Positions 17,082-26,879 are shown, counted from the stretch's first letter. The stretch is DNA of 47,910 nucleotides from an uncultured Thermococci archaeon (GCA_964549615.1 CAZJVP010000084.1:1-47910); one strand, 5' to 3'. Notes: a model not told the origin generated them from the sequence alone. Program-made: numbers and translations.

Positions 17082-19022
17082 CTAGATAGCGTGCCTAGAT
17101 TTCTTCGCGCCCCTGCGTCCAAGCAGCGTTCCCACAACTAGGCCGCCAGCCGCCGACGCGCCGGCGATCAGAATCGCGTCCGCGGCCTTGGTTTTGTAAA
17201 CGGTTCTGATGGTGCCGGTGAAGGGCAGGATCTCCGGCGGGTTCTTTTCCGGGGAAATGCCAAGCCTTGATGAAATCACCGGGGACATCTCGGCTACCAA
17301 CCTGGCATACTTGAGTTCAAGATAAGCCTGCATCAGTCGGTCGATCCGAGCGGAAGCAGGGCTGCTGGCATCAACCTTGTCAGCGTCATTCTCTCCCGAC
17401 TCAAGGTGGCTGAGCGCCAGGATGGGGTTCACCCCGAAGTCCCTGCTTGAGGCTATCGCGGACCTCGCTTGCTCCCTTTCCTTCTTCACCTTGTCGCTCA
17501 GTGCCGAGGCGAGTTTCTCCTCCGATGTCGAGGCCAAGCTCGCCGCAAGTTCCAGGTGGGCATTGACATAGGAGCGCGCCCTCAGAGCCTCCAAGATCGC
17601 GGCAGCGTAGGCCCCGCTGTTCAGCTCATCCTCCACATCATCGAGGAGGTCGCTCGCCGTCGCCAGGAGACCCGAGCTGACCGTCGTGCCGAAGGATTGC
17701 GCGTACGCCAGAAGGAATTTGAGGTCATCCACATATCCCTGGGCTGTGCTCTTGAGCATCGCGCGGTCCATCTCAACATCGCCGGGGAACTGGTCGCAGA
17801 GGCCGACCCACCACAACGCCGACTCCGCGCGCTGGGTCACATAGGCCGCCTGTGCCAAGGCCCTCAGGATCTGGTTTTCCAAGCTCCCGGCGTAGTAGAG
17901 CTCCCACGCCGTCGAAGCGGCGCGCAATGCTTCGTGGGCCCTCGTCTGCGCTGCGGCATAGCACTCGAAGGCGGTTATGCTTGTGAAGGATGTCCGGTTA
18001 ACATCCTCCACGGCCGCTGCCGCAGACTTCTCGGCTTCGCTGATGATCTTCTTGGCCGTTTCCCTAGACTTGGACCTGAGGTACTCGAGCGCGTAGAGGA
18101 CATAAGTTGAGTTTATCTTGGACTGGAAAGAGTAGCTGGCGCTGAGGTAGTACGTCTTGGCCTTTTGGGCCTGTCTTGCGTTTTCAATCTTCCGAGCGCA
18201 GTCATCAACGTAGGGTCTCAGCTCGTTTCTTTGGTTGAAGGTCAAGGTCGCCGAGTCAAATTCCTTCTTTGCCCTTTCGGAAAGCTCGGCCGCCGAGTCG
18301 AGCATGTCCTGGGCCGCTTTGCTCATGATGTCATTGTACTTGCTCAGGTCGATCTCCTTGCCTCCCGTCGGTTTGATCTCTACCCCTATCATCCACTTCG
18401 CTGCGTCCCTCAGGTCATCGACCTCCATGACGGTCAGGTTTAGGTTCTTTCGAGCGTACTCCGTGACGTTCACGAGGGTCAGGCTATCGGGACTCTCGGT
18501 GGCGACCGTCTGACCGGCAGGGACGAGGAAAAGGTATGCTCCCACGGAATGCGCAGCCTCTGCCTTCTGCAAGACGCCGCCGATCGGGCCGATCGTCCCG
18601 TCAGGGTTGATCGTGCCGGTCATCACGACCTTGGGATTGACCGTCCGGTTGAGGAGACATGCAAGGATTGCGACCGACATCGCACCGCCGGCGGACGGTC
18701 CGCCTATCACGGCTGAATCTGACCGGATGGTTACGAAGAGGTCTATCTTGGCGAGGTTCTGACCCGCCAGAGAAGCCGCTACCTGAGCTGCCAGCCTTGC
18801 GGAACCCTGGGTGTCGATCTGCGTGAGGGGGAAGGTGTCGACGAAGATGCTGCCGTTCCCGGGCTCGGCAAACACCGTTATGTACGAGGTTGCCCCGATC
18901 CAGCCCTGGGCGGTCTGTGCTACGGCGGGGGCCATCACGGTCACTTTGGTGTAGGCCGCCGCATCCCAGATCGCGGAGAGGAGCAACAGCAGAAGGACTA
19001 TCTTCGCAAACGCTTTCGCCAA
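17082..19022 (-). CDS. Archaeal secreted, membrane-anchored S16 (Lon-like) serine protease
   Basis: Signal-like N-terminus; GPSAG (Ser), MTGTINPDG.IGPIGGV.QK (Lys dyad); long helical region; C-terminal TM with basic tail; no AAA+ domain. Start uncertain (19022 or 19076). Confidence 0.85.
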   Translation of the reverse strand: MAKAFAKIVLLLLLLSAIWDAAAYTKVTVMAPAVAQTAQGWIGATSYITVFAEPGNGSIFVDTFPLTQIDTQGSARLAAQVAASLAGQNLAKIDLFVTIRSDSAVIGGPSAGGAMSVAILACLLNRTVNPKVVMTGTINPDGTIGPIGGVLQKAEAAHSVGAYLFLVPAGQTVATESPDSLTLVNVTEYARKNLNLTVMEVDDLRDAAKWMIGVEIKPTGGKEIDLSKYNDIMSKAAQDMLDSAAELSERAKKEFDSATLTFNQRNELRPYVDDCARKIENARQAQKAKTYYLSASYSFQSKINSTYVLYALEYLRSKSRETAKKIISEAEKSAAAAVEDVNRTSFTSITAFECYAAAQTRAHEALRAASTAWELYYAGSLENQILRALAQAAYVTQRAESALWWVGLCDQFPGDVEMDRAMLKSTAQGYVDDLKFLLAYAQSFGTTVSSGLLATASDLLDDVEDELNSGAYAAAILEALRARSYVNAHLELAASLASTSEEKLASALSDKVKKEREQARSAIASSRDFGVNPILALSHLESGENDADKVDASSPASARIDRLMQAYLELKYARLVAEMSPVISSRLGISPEKNPPEILPFTGTIRTVYKTKAADAILIAGASAAGGLVVGTLLGRRGAKKSRHAI

Positions 19023-19083
19023 GCTACCACAATTGATCGATTGCCTCGCACCGGTTAAATCTTTCAATTGGTCCACCTATGCG

Positions 19084-19878
19084 TCATATCATCTCGAAAA
19101 GCAACCTTCCGCCTATGATCGAAAGGCAGACGCCGAGTATTCTCTCCAGCGCCTTAGCTCTTGTTCTCCTAGCGAGGAAGGCGCCGATCTGCGTTCCGAC
19201 GACGATCCCCAGACAGAGGGGGATCGCGTACCGCACCCGCACGTTGCCTAGGTATGCGTGGGTGGATGCCCCCGCGATGGACGTGAAGATCATCATGAAC
19301 ATCGATGTCGCCGATGCTATGTGCATGGGGATCCCCATTCCCAGACGAATGAGAGGAACGATCAAGACCCCGCCACCTATGCCGAAGAGGCCTGAGGCCA
19401 ACCCGCCGGCGAAGCCTGCGGGCAAGGCAAGGGGACTGATCCGCGGGTACTCGAAGATATGTCCGTGGGCATCCACCTTCGTGCGAGTACCCCGGCGCGG
19501 ATCCGGCCTGCGGTCGGGCAACTCGCGTGCGATCAGCATCCGTATCGAGATCCCCAAGAGGAAGATGCCCAGAAGCCCCGAAAGAACCTCCGACTTCAGA
19601 TGGGTAGCGGCGCTGGCCCCCAACAGCGCACCGGGAACGGTCCCGGCGGCGAGAATCAGGCCGAGCAAGTAATCGATCCTTCCCTGTGCGTGGTAAGCGA
19701 TGGTGGAGGACGAGGATGTGAATACGATCATCAGCAAAGATGTCCCGGCAGCCTCCTGCGCGGAGATGCCCCAGACGAGGACCAACATCGGCACGACGAG
19801 GAAGCCCCCTCCAGCGCCCACCATTGCGGCAACGCATCCGACCGCAGTAGCCATCAAGGCTAGGCCTAGGCCGAACAT
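19084..19878 (-). CDS. TauE/SafE (DUF81) sulfite-exporter-family permease
   Basis: Two GxGGG repeats (GAGGGFLVVP, GIGGGVLIVP), AAGTSL and ASATS, about 8 TM. Confidence 0.88.
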   Translation of the reverse strand: MFGLGLALMATAVGCVAAMVGAGGGFLVVPMLVLVWGISAQEAAGTSLLMIVFTSSSSTIAYHAQGRIDYLLGLILAAGTVPGALLGASAATHLKSEVLSGLLGIFLLGISIRMLIARELPDRRPDPRRGTRTKVDAHGHIFEYPRISPLALPAGFAGGLASGLFGIGGGVLIVPLIRLGMGIPMHIASATSMFMMIFTSIAGASTHAYLGNVRVRYAIPLCLGIVVGTQIGAFLARRTRAKALERILGVCLSIIGGRLLFEMI

Positions 19879-19959
19879 CCCTTGACCTCAGGCTGCCGGC
19901 CAGGCGGGGCCTCTATAATCTTTTCCGGTTCGCCGCTCCAGCAGCGCTCATTCGGATAT

Positions 19960-20125
19960 CTCGGCGCCGTGCCGGGTTCCAGTTCTTGATCCCTTGCGAG
20001 CCCGGGCACACGAATGCCGTCTAGAGGGCAGCTTGACTCCCGGGAAGCGGCTGCCCCTGAGACGGAAGGGCTCTCCCGAGGTAGTCTGCAAGGCAGGGTT
20101 AACGGGAAACGCTTTGGGCGCCGAG
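19960..20125 (+). ncRNA. Candidate structured non-coding RNA (four-way junction), family unrecognised
   Basis: Closing stem CTCGGCGCC/GGCGCCGAG encloses three hairpins; G-U pairs favour the plus strand; no credible ORF. Confidence 0.55.
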
Positions 20126-20196
20126 GCGATAGGCCCTCTCCCTACTACTCTGGAAAGAAAGAAAAAGGGTCCTAGGAACGGTGCTTCATCAAAGGC

Positions 20197-21795
20197 ATGG
20201 AAGTTCTGCCACTGGCCGAGAGGTTCCTCCGGGCCGTCCCAAACGAAGTCATTGCTGCTTGCTGGTGCAATCCGGGGGCCAAGAACCACTCGCCGGTCAG
20301 TCTACTCATCGTAACCCGCGACGGGGAGCGGGGCGTCTCCAGGCAGAAGAGATCCATCGCGGGCCGAGAGTTCATCAGCGTCGAAGTCTGCAAATCGCTC
20401 TTCGAGAGGGACGTCCATCGGGGCGCGCTGGGAGAATTCGTGGCAGGAATGCTCTTGGAGCCATATGTTCCTTTGGTTGGCACGGAGTATCTCAGATCGC
20501 AGGAGACGGACCTCAAGGTTCGGGTGATCAAAGAGGAACTCGAGAACCTAGACCTGAGGTTCCACGACCTCATGTTGGAACTTATGATCGACCCGCGTTA
20601 CTTCTTCCACGCTAGGATGCAGAGGCGCGCGAAGATCGACCCGGCGGCAAGGTCCGCGTACCTGAGGTCGTTGTCCGAGGAAGCTGACACGGGTTCATTC
20701 GGCTTCGAGATTGCACTTCGCAGGCTAGCCCAGCTGGGCCTGATCAGCCTGGATGGCTATGTGAGGGTGACCCCCAAGCTCATGAGCCACCTTCCCAAGC
20801 CTCGTCAGAGGGTGACGATGCCGTTCCGGGAGGTGGAACTTGCCATCAGGCGATTTGCGACCTACGGGGTATCCGGCGACTTCCTAGGCCCCTCTTTGGC
20901 CCAGGAGATCGCGAGGGGTATTGATGTCTCCCCGAGCGCGGAGCGCGATCTGCCCGATCCGAAGTCGTATCTGTATCTTCCCACCGAGGCCGGACTGGTT
21001 TCGGTCGATGACAAGAGGGACTACGAGGAGCTTATTTCATCCGAGGAATCCTCTTGGGGCTCCCCCTCCGTCAGACGGATCGGAGGCGCGCTGAACTTCG
21101 TTTATCTTCTGGAGTTCAGGCGAGGCGACGAGACGAGGCGATTGGTGGCCAAGACCTTCCAAAACTGGTATGGCCTAAAATGGATTCCGCTCACGATCTG
21201 GGCGATCGGATCCCAGAACTTCGACATCCTGGGCGAGAAGCGCCTGGCCAACGAGTACAGGATGAACCGCTTCCTCAGAGCCAAGGGGCTGAACGCCCCA
21301 CAGATTCACCACGTGAGCGTGCCTCGAAGGACAATAGTGGAGGAATTCATAGAGGGCGAAGGTTTCGACCAGATCGCCAAGGAGTGTCTCGCCGATCCGA
21401 GGCAGGAGCTTCTCGGCCGCATCTCCGCCATCGGGAATGAGATGGCTCTCCTTCACCAAGCCGGGGCGACCCTGGGGGACTCCAAGCCTGACAACGCGAT
21501 CCTCGATGAGGATGGGAGGATATGGTTTGTGGACTTGGAGCAGTCTTCGGAGGGCGGCAACCCGGCTTGGGACCTCGCTGAGTTCCTTTACTACTGCGGC
21601 CACTACACCCTCCGATGGGCAAGGATGAAGGCGATGGCAAAAGCCTTCCTGGAAGGTTACCTCACATCTGGTGAGGCGAAGTTCGTGCGGGAGATATCGA
21701 GCGCCAGGTACAAGAGGGTGTTCAGCATACTCACGGCCCCCCACATCATAATGGGGATATCGAAGCTCTGCGAATCCTACGGCGCATCCTCCTGA
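20197..21795 (+). CDS. Degenerate nucleotidyltransferase-like domain fused to a Bud32/RIO/Kdo-like protein kinase
   Basis: C-terminal kinase motifs IGGALN, VAK, EEFIEG, LGDSKPDN, VDLEQ, WDLAEF; N-terminal ERDVHRGALGEFVAG region. Confidence 0.75.
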   Translation: MEVLPLAERFLRAVPNEVIAACWCNPGAKNHSPVSLLIVTRDGERGVSRQKRSIAGREFISVEVCKSLFERDVHRGALGEFVAGMLLEPYVPLVGTEYLRSQETDLKVRVIKEELENLDLRFHDLMLELMIDPRYFFHARMQRRAKIDPAARSAYLRSLSEEADTGSFGFEIALRRLAQLGLISLDGYVRVTPKLMSHLPKPRQRVTMPFREVELAIRRFATYGVSGDFLGPSLAQEIARGIDVSPSAERDLPDPKSYLYLPTEAGLVSVDDKRDYEELISSEESSWGSPSVRRIGGALNFVYLLEFRRGDETRRLVAKTFQNWYGLKWIPLTIWAIGSQNFDILGEKRLANEYRMNRFLRAKGLNAPQIHHVSVPRRTIVEEFIEGEGFDQIAKECLADPRQELLGRISAIGNEMALLHQAGATLGDSKPDNAILDEDGRIWFVDLEQSSEGGNPAWDLAEFLYYCGHYTLRWARMKAMAKAFLEGYLTSGEAKFVREISSARYKRVFSILTAPHIIMGISKLCESYGASS

Positions 21796-22121
21796 TCTCC
21801 TTCCACTTGTTCGGCGCGCTCCTTCTCGGCCTTGGCCATCATAGCCTTCACCCTTTCCCATCCGATCTCTCGGGATATGCGGACGATCTCCTGCCATGCT
21901 TCCTGGAACCTGCTCTCCGTTGCCTCGGCCATGATGCTCCTCGCTCTTTCCGCCATCTCCCGGTTTAGGGCTATGAAGATGCCGCTCTCCCCTTTCCCCT
22001 GGCAGAAGGCGCGCTCACCTCTCTGGAATACCCTCGCGAGTATGGGATGTTCGATATCTATGTGAACCGACTTCCCGACCCCATGGATGTACACCGGGGA
22101 TTCGCACACCTTGAGCTTCAT
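21777..22121 (-). CDS. Hypothetical protein (114 aa)
   Basis: Open frame with coding-like composition, divergent from the HAD gene. Confidence 0.55.
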   Translation of the reverse strand: MKLKVCESPVYIHGVGKSVHIDIEHPILARVFQRGERAFCQGKGESGIFIALNREMAERARSIMAEATESRFQEAWQEIVRISREIGWERVKAMMAKAEKERAEQVEGDQEDAP

Positions 22122-22198
22122 GCGACAGGCCAGCGGTTCTCTCCAGATAACTGTCTTTACCCGTAGGCCCGAGCCATATTTCAGACGACCTCTCGCCA

Positions 22199-22918
22199 AT
22201 GCGGATCGTGCCCCCCAGGATAATGGCCGTGGCTTTTGATCTCGACAACACGCTCGTGGACTCCTGCGTTGACTTTCGTGAGATGCGGAGACGCTTGATC
22301 CACTACATAAGGTCCCAGCAGCCGCAGACGGAGGAGATCGACGAGTCGAAAACCACGTTGCAGCTCATCGAGGCTTTCCGGGCGAATGTTTCGGATCAGC
22401 GCGAACTCTCGGAGCACATGGCTAAGCTCCACGGCATCATGGACCAAGTCGAGATGGAGTCGTTAGGAAGGACACGGCCCCTCGGTGACGTGCGGGCCGT
22501 GCTTTCTGAGCTCAAACGGATGGGGATCAAGGTCGGCCTGTTGACGAGGTCCTGCGAAAGGTACGCGCGGGCCGCGCTCGGCTCGATCGGCTGCTTGGAC
22601 GCGTTCGATGCGATGGCTTGCAGGACTCCAGGTGAGCCCGTCAAGCCGGATCCTACGTCCCTTGTCAATCTGGCTAGGAAATTGGGCGTTGGACCATCAA
22701 GCATCATGGTGGTTGGGGATCACGCCATGGACGCGGAGTGCGCTAGAGCCGCGGGGGCACTCTTCGCTGGCGTAGCCAGGGGATCCCGATCGCCATCCGC
22801 GCTTCGGGAAGCGAATCCGGTCGCTCTGCTGGAGGACCTCCGCGAGCTGCCGAAGCTTATCCGAGAGATCAACGCAAACGACCGGGAGAAAGTTCGTCCG
22901 GGTAGGGCCTCATCCTAG
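22199..22918 (+). CDS. HAD-superfamily phosphatase
   Basis: FDLDNTLVD, LLTR, KPDP, VGDHAMD. Confidence 0.9.
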   Translation: MRIVPPRIMAVAFDLDNTLVDSCVDFREMRRRLIHYIRSQQPQTEEIDESKTTLQLIEAFRANVSDQRELSEHMAKLHGIMDQVEMESLGRTRPLGDVRAVLSELKRMGIKVGLLTRSCERYARAALGSIGCLDAFDAMACRTPGEPVKPDPTSLVNLARKLGVGPSSIMVVGDHAMDAECARAAGALFAGVARGSRSPSALREANPVALLEDLRELPKLIREINANDREKVRPGRASS

Positions 22919-22989
22919 GCCGAACCACTCAACGCATTATATAAATACGCGATCATGGCCCTTCCCAGGGCAGGAGACAGGCGATCGCA

Positions 22990-23964
22990 ATGGAGGTCAC
23001 ATGCGCGGGAATACTGGTGGCCGACATCGTTCGTCGTTTCAGACAGAGGGCCGAACCAGGCAGACTCGTCACGCTGGAGGAACCTATTACCCTCCACGTG
23101 GGGGGGTGCGCGGCGAACACCGGCATAGACCTTGCTAAGATGGGCGTGGACTCTAAGGTGGTGGGCAGGATCGGCGACGACTACTGGGGCAGGTTCGTGA
23201 TCGAGAGCCTCAGAAGCTACCCCCGACTGGACGTTGCCGGCGTTCGGATAGGGAAAGGCGAGATGACCGCCACAACCGACATAGAGGTCGACATGGAGAC
23301 CGGGGAGAGAACCTTCTACCATTTCATAGGCGCGAATGCGTCATTCTCGATCAACGACATCTCGGCCGAGAGCTATCGTTGCGACATATTCCACTTTGCG
23401 GGATACAACTTGGTTCCGTCGATCGCGCCCGCGGACCTGCGCCTCATCTTTGCCGAAGCCCATCGCAATGGAGCAGCAACCTCCATTGACCTAGCTTGGA
23501 GCGATCGCGCCGAGTGGACCTCGTTGGCGCAAGCCATGGACCAGATAGACTACTACTTCTCCAATCTCGATGAAGCCCGAATGGTGATATCCCGCCCACG
23601 TGCTTCGCCGGAACAGGTTTCGGAAGCCATCATGGCGATGGGGCCGAAGATCGTGGCGATCAAAATGGGGCCAGAAGGCTGCCACGTTAGGACGCATGAG
23701 GAGACGATCGACATGCCCGCCGACCCTGAATTCGTGGCCGTCGATGGAACCGGGGCTGGCGACGCCTTCGTTGCCGGGTTCCTGCTTGGGCTGGGATCCG
23801 GATGGGACATAGGTGAGACGGCGAGGTTTGCAAATGCTGTCGGCGGCTTCTGCGTGTCCAAGCCCGGTGCGACAGCCGGCGTGCCGGACAGGCAGACGGT
23901 TCTTAGGTTCATCGAACAAAACCCGCTACCATACCAGAGAAGGCCCGCAGCTCGGCCTGGGTGA
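22990..23964 (+). CDS. PfkB-family carbohydrate kinase
   Basis: GGCAANTG, GRIGDDYWG, NLDEA, DGTGAGDAFVAGF. Confidence 0.92.
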   Translation: MEVTCAGILVADIVRRFRQRAEPGRLVTLEEPITLHVGGCAANTGIDLAKMGVDSKVVGRIGDDYWGRFVIESLRSYPRLDVAGVRIGKGEMTATTDIEVDMETGERTFYHFIGANASFSINDISAESYRCDIFHFAGYNLVPSIAPADLRLIFAEAHRNGAATSIDLAWSDRAEWTSLAQAMDQIDYYFSNLDEARMVISRPRASPEQVSEAIMAMGPKIVAIKMGPEGCHVRTHEETIDMPADPEFVAVDGTGAGDAFVAGFLLGLGSGWDIGETARFANAVGGFCVSKPGATAGVPDRQTVLRFIEQNPLPYQRRPAARPG

Positions 23965-24096
23965 GGCCGGACTTGCCCTAGCAAGGATCGCGGCTTGGGC
24001 GCCGGGGCAAGATGAACGCGGGGTTCGACGCGGAGACCCAATCTTTTTATCCCCGTGCAGACAAGAGGTGCGCATAACCTGCGTCAGGGTGGAGGT

Positions 24097-25308
24097 ATGG
24101 CGAAGAAACAGAAGGAAGTCGGTTTCCTGACGATGGGAGACGTCGTGGCTCCCACCAAGGAAATCCCAAAGATCGGCGTTGGCATGCTCGGGTACGCCTT
24201 TATGGGCAAGGCACATTCCTATGCCTACAAGACCATGTCCTATATCTACTGGCCCCCGCCCGCCATCCCCAGGCTGGTCGCCATCAGCGGCCGCAGGGAA
24301 GGCAGGTTGGCTGAGGCAGCGCGGAGATTCGGATACGAGAGGTACTACACCGACTGGCACCAGATGCTCAAGGACAAGGAGGTTGAGCTCTTCGACAACG
24401 GCGCACCGAACGATATGCACAAGGATCCGTGCATAGAGGCAGCGGAGATGGGGAAGCACATCTGGTGCGAGAAGCCCCTCGGGAGGACGGCCGCGGAGGC
24501 CAAGGAAATGCTCTCGGCGGCGAAGAAAGCTGGCATCAAACATATGGTCTCCTTCAATGGCCGGATGCTTCCTGCCATAGCTCTGGCTAGGCAGCTGATC
24601 AAGGACGGGCGGATCGGCAAGATCTACCATTTCCGTGCGCAGTACCTACAGGAGTGGATCCTTCCCCACCACAACACCCCGCTTGTGTGGCGCCTTGACG
24701 GGCAGGTTGCCGGCAGCGGTTCCCTGGGTGATCTGGCCGCCCATACGATAGACTTGGGCCGGTTCCTGGTCGGCGAGTTCGAGTCCGTCATGGCCTTGAC
24801 CAAGACCATGATCAAGGAGAGGCCGCTGCCTGGAGACCCCACGAAGAAGGAAAAGGTCACCGTGGACGACGCGGTTGAGGCCGTGGTGGAGTTCGAGAAT
24901 GGTGCGGTAGGTACGATCGAGGCTTCGCGGATGTGTTCCGGCCGGAAGAACCATGAGACGATCGAGATCAACGGTTCCAAGGGCAGCATCTACTTCGACA
25001 TGGAGGACATGAACAGGCTGAAGGTGAACCTGATCGAGGACAGAAAGAAGGGCGTTGAGGGCTTCCATGACGTCCTCGTGACCGAGGCGACTCATCCGTA
25101 TTTCGACGTTTGGTGGCCGCACGGCCACATCATCGGATGGGGGGCCACATTCGTCCACGAGGCGAAACACATCATGGATGCGATCGTCAACGATAAGGAT
25201 GTCGGGCCCGAGGCCGCCACGTTCGAGGATGGCTACAGGTGCAACGTCGTCTGCGACGCGATAATGGAGTCAGCTAGAACAGGCAAGAAGGTCTCGATAA
25301 GTTACTGA
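24097..25308 (+). CDS. Gfo/Idh/MocA NAD-dependent sugar/inositol dehydrogenase
   Basis: GYAFMGKAH, CEKP, GSLGDLAAH, WWPHGHIIGW; GGAGGT SD. Confidence 0.92.
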   Translation: MAKKQKEVGFLTMGDVVAPTKEIPKIGVGMLGYAFMGKAHSYAYKTMSYIYWPPPAIPRLVAISGRREGRLAEAARRFGYERYYTDWHQMLKDKEVELFDNGAPNDMHKDPCIEAAEMGKHIWCEKPLGRTAAEAKEMLSAAKKAGIKHMVSFNGRMLPAIALARQLIKDGRIGKIYHFRAQYLQEWILPHHNTPLVWRLDGQVAGSGSLGDLAAHTIDLGRFLVGEFESVMALTKTMIKERPLPGDPTKKEKVTVDDAVEAVVEFENGAVGTIEASRMCSGRKNHETIEINGSKGSIYFDMEDMNRLKVNLIEDRKKGVEGFHDVLVTEATHPYFDVWWPHGHIIGWGATFVHEAKHIMDAIVNDKDVGPEAATFEDGYRCNVVCDAIMESARTGKKVSISY

Positions 25309-25919
25309 TCGGGCCGCTGCAGGATGGCCTTTCCGGGTTGGCCGAGCGTCTTCAGGAGCGCTCGCGCATCTGCCTCGGGACAGGTGAGGGCGAGGCGCGT
25401 TTCACCGGAGGATAGGCTCAAGCGCGTTTCGGTCCATATCCTGGAGAATACCTTTGAGCCCACGTACGGTGCCAGGCCAATGGTGTAGAAGATGAGCACG
25501 CCAGACCCCAGTTCGTTTTCCCTCCAAGACCCGACCGTGAGCGAGAAGAGGATGCAGAGGGCGAAGTAGAGGCCGATGACCTTGAATCCTGAGGTGAACC
25601 GCCTCATGATGAAGGGGCTCAGGTAGATCCCCAGGACCGCGAAAATCCAGATTTCGTTTCCAAGGGCATCACGGAAGAAGAAGACGGAGAAGTAGAAAGC
25701 CGTCACGAGCAGCCCCACGGCTGCAAGGTAGTAAGAGCGCTGGACCCTCATCGTCGCCGAGACTTCCAGCCCAGATCTAGGCAGCTCCGTAACGTCGTTC
25801 GCCCGCTTATCCCTAACGAAGATCTTGTCATCCGAGATCCCGCAATCGTAGTTGCCGAGGTCAAAGTACTGTGCCCTATTGTTGCACACGTAATCGCGTA
25901 TGAAATCCTGAGCGTTCAA
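25302..25919 (-). CDS. Hypothetical membrane protein, about 4 TM
   Basis: Four hydrophobic segments between soluble N- and C-terminal parts. Confidence 0.6.
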   Translation of the reverse strand: MNAQDFIRDYVCNNRAQYFDLGNYDCGISDDKIFVRDKRANDVTELPRSGLEVSATMRVQRSYYLAAVGLLVTAFYFSVFFFRDALGNEIWIFAVLGIYLSPFIMRRFTSGFKVIGLYFALCILFSLTVGSWRENELGSGVLIFYTIGLAPYVGSKVFSRIWTETRLSLSSGETRLALTCPEADARALLKTLGQPGKAILQRPDQ

Positions 25920-26006
25920 TGCAACTGAGTTGGCGTTCGTCGGTTATCTATGTTTTCCCTGGCTCCCCAGGAAGATGCGTCATGGGCGTCTTCCTGCTAA
26001 GGCGCT

Positions 26007-26735
26007 TTAAAGCTTCCTCAGCAGCTCCCTCAGCTCGAGGGCGTTGGACACTGCGTAGGCAAACGCGTCGTTGTTGAAGTAGACGAAGGAACGCTCGCAG
26101 CCCGCGAAGCTTCTCGAGATCCTCTCGGCCCACGATCGAAGATCGGCCGTGGAGTATCTAGAAGAGTACCAGCCCTTCTCTCCATGCATCCTGAGATAGC
26201 CTACCTTGCCCGTAACCAGAAGGTCGGTCACGAATTGAGGGGAGCTAACGCAGCAGAAGGATACCCGATGCTTGTCCAAGAGGTCGTAGACGCTGTCACA
26301 AAACCAGCTGGGGTCTCTGAACTCCACGACGTGCGTCACCTGGCCGGGTAGGACCTTGAGGAAACCCTCAAGCCTTTCGTCATCGCGCTTCAGTTGCGGG
26401 GGTACCTGCCAAAGGATAGGTCCAAGCTTTTCCTCGAGCTTCTTGGCCCTTCTGACGAGCAGCGCTGTGGCTTCGGCTACTCCGGCGATCTTTTTGACGT
26501 GCGTCGCATAGCGGCTCCCCTTGACCGCGAAAAGGAAGCCATCGGGGGTTCCTGCCTTCCAATGCTCGAAGGTCGACTCCAGAGGCAGGTGGTAGAACGA
26601 ACTGTTTATCTCGACTGTGTCAAACCTTTCCGTATAGTACGAGAGCCTTTTCGAGGCGGGCATCCCCTCGGGGTAGAACCTGCCTTCCCAGTGGTCGTAG
26701 CTCCAGCCTGATGTTCCAACCCTGACGTTTTCCAA
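26007..26735 (-). CDS. DUF72 (YecE/UPF0759) protein
   Basis: VGTSGWSY, VEINSSFY, LGPILWQ, EFR, YLRMHG, YFNND. Confidence 0.92.
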   Translation of the reverse strand: MENVRVGTSGWSYDHWEGRFYPEGMPASKRLSYYTERFDTVEINSSFYHLPLESTFEHWKAGTPDGFLFAVKGSRYATHVKKIAGVAEATALLVRRAKKLEEKLGPILWQVPPQLKRDDERLEGFLKVLPGQVTHVVEFRDPSWFCDSVYDLLDKHRVSFCCVSSPQFVTDLLVTGKVGYLRMHGEKGWYSSRYSTADLRSWAERISRSFAGCERSFVYFNNDAFAYAVSNALELRELLRKL

Positions 26736-26879
26736 GACGTCGTTGCAGATGGTCTGCACAGCTTATATCGTTTGGCGTCCGCGCCGGCCCTCAGGGAGCG
26801 TGACAGATTCGGGCGGGGAAGCGGTCGATAGCCGAAAGCTAATAAGGGCGGCGTGTTTGCCCCAGCCGAGGCATTTGGA

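Noticed and set aside
20026-20056. SRP RNA helix 8 (GGAAGCGGC resembles GGAAGCAGC)
   Set aside because: The 5' CAGG strand, the GNRA loop and the Alu domain are absent, and the element is much shorter than archaeal SRP RNA.
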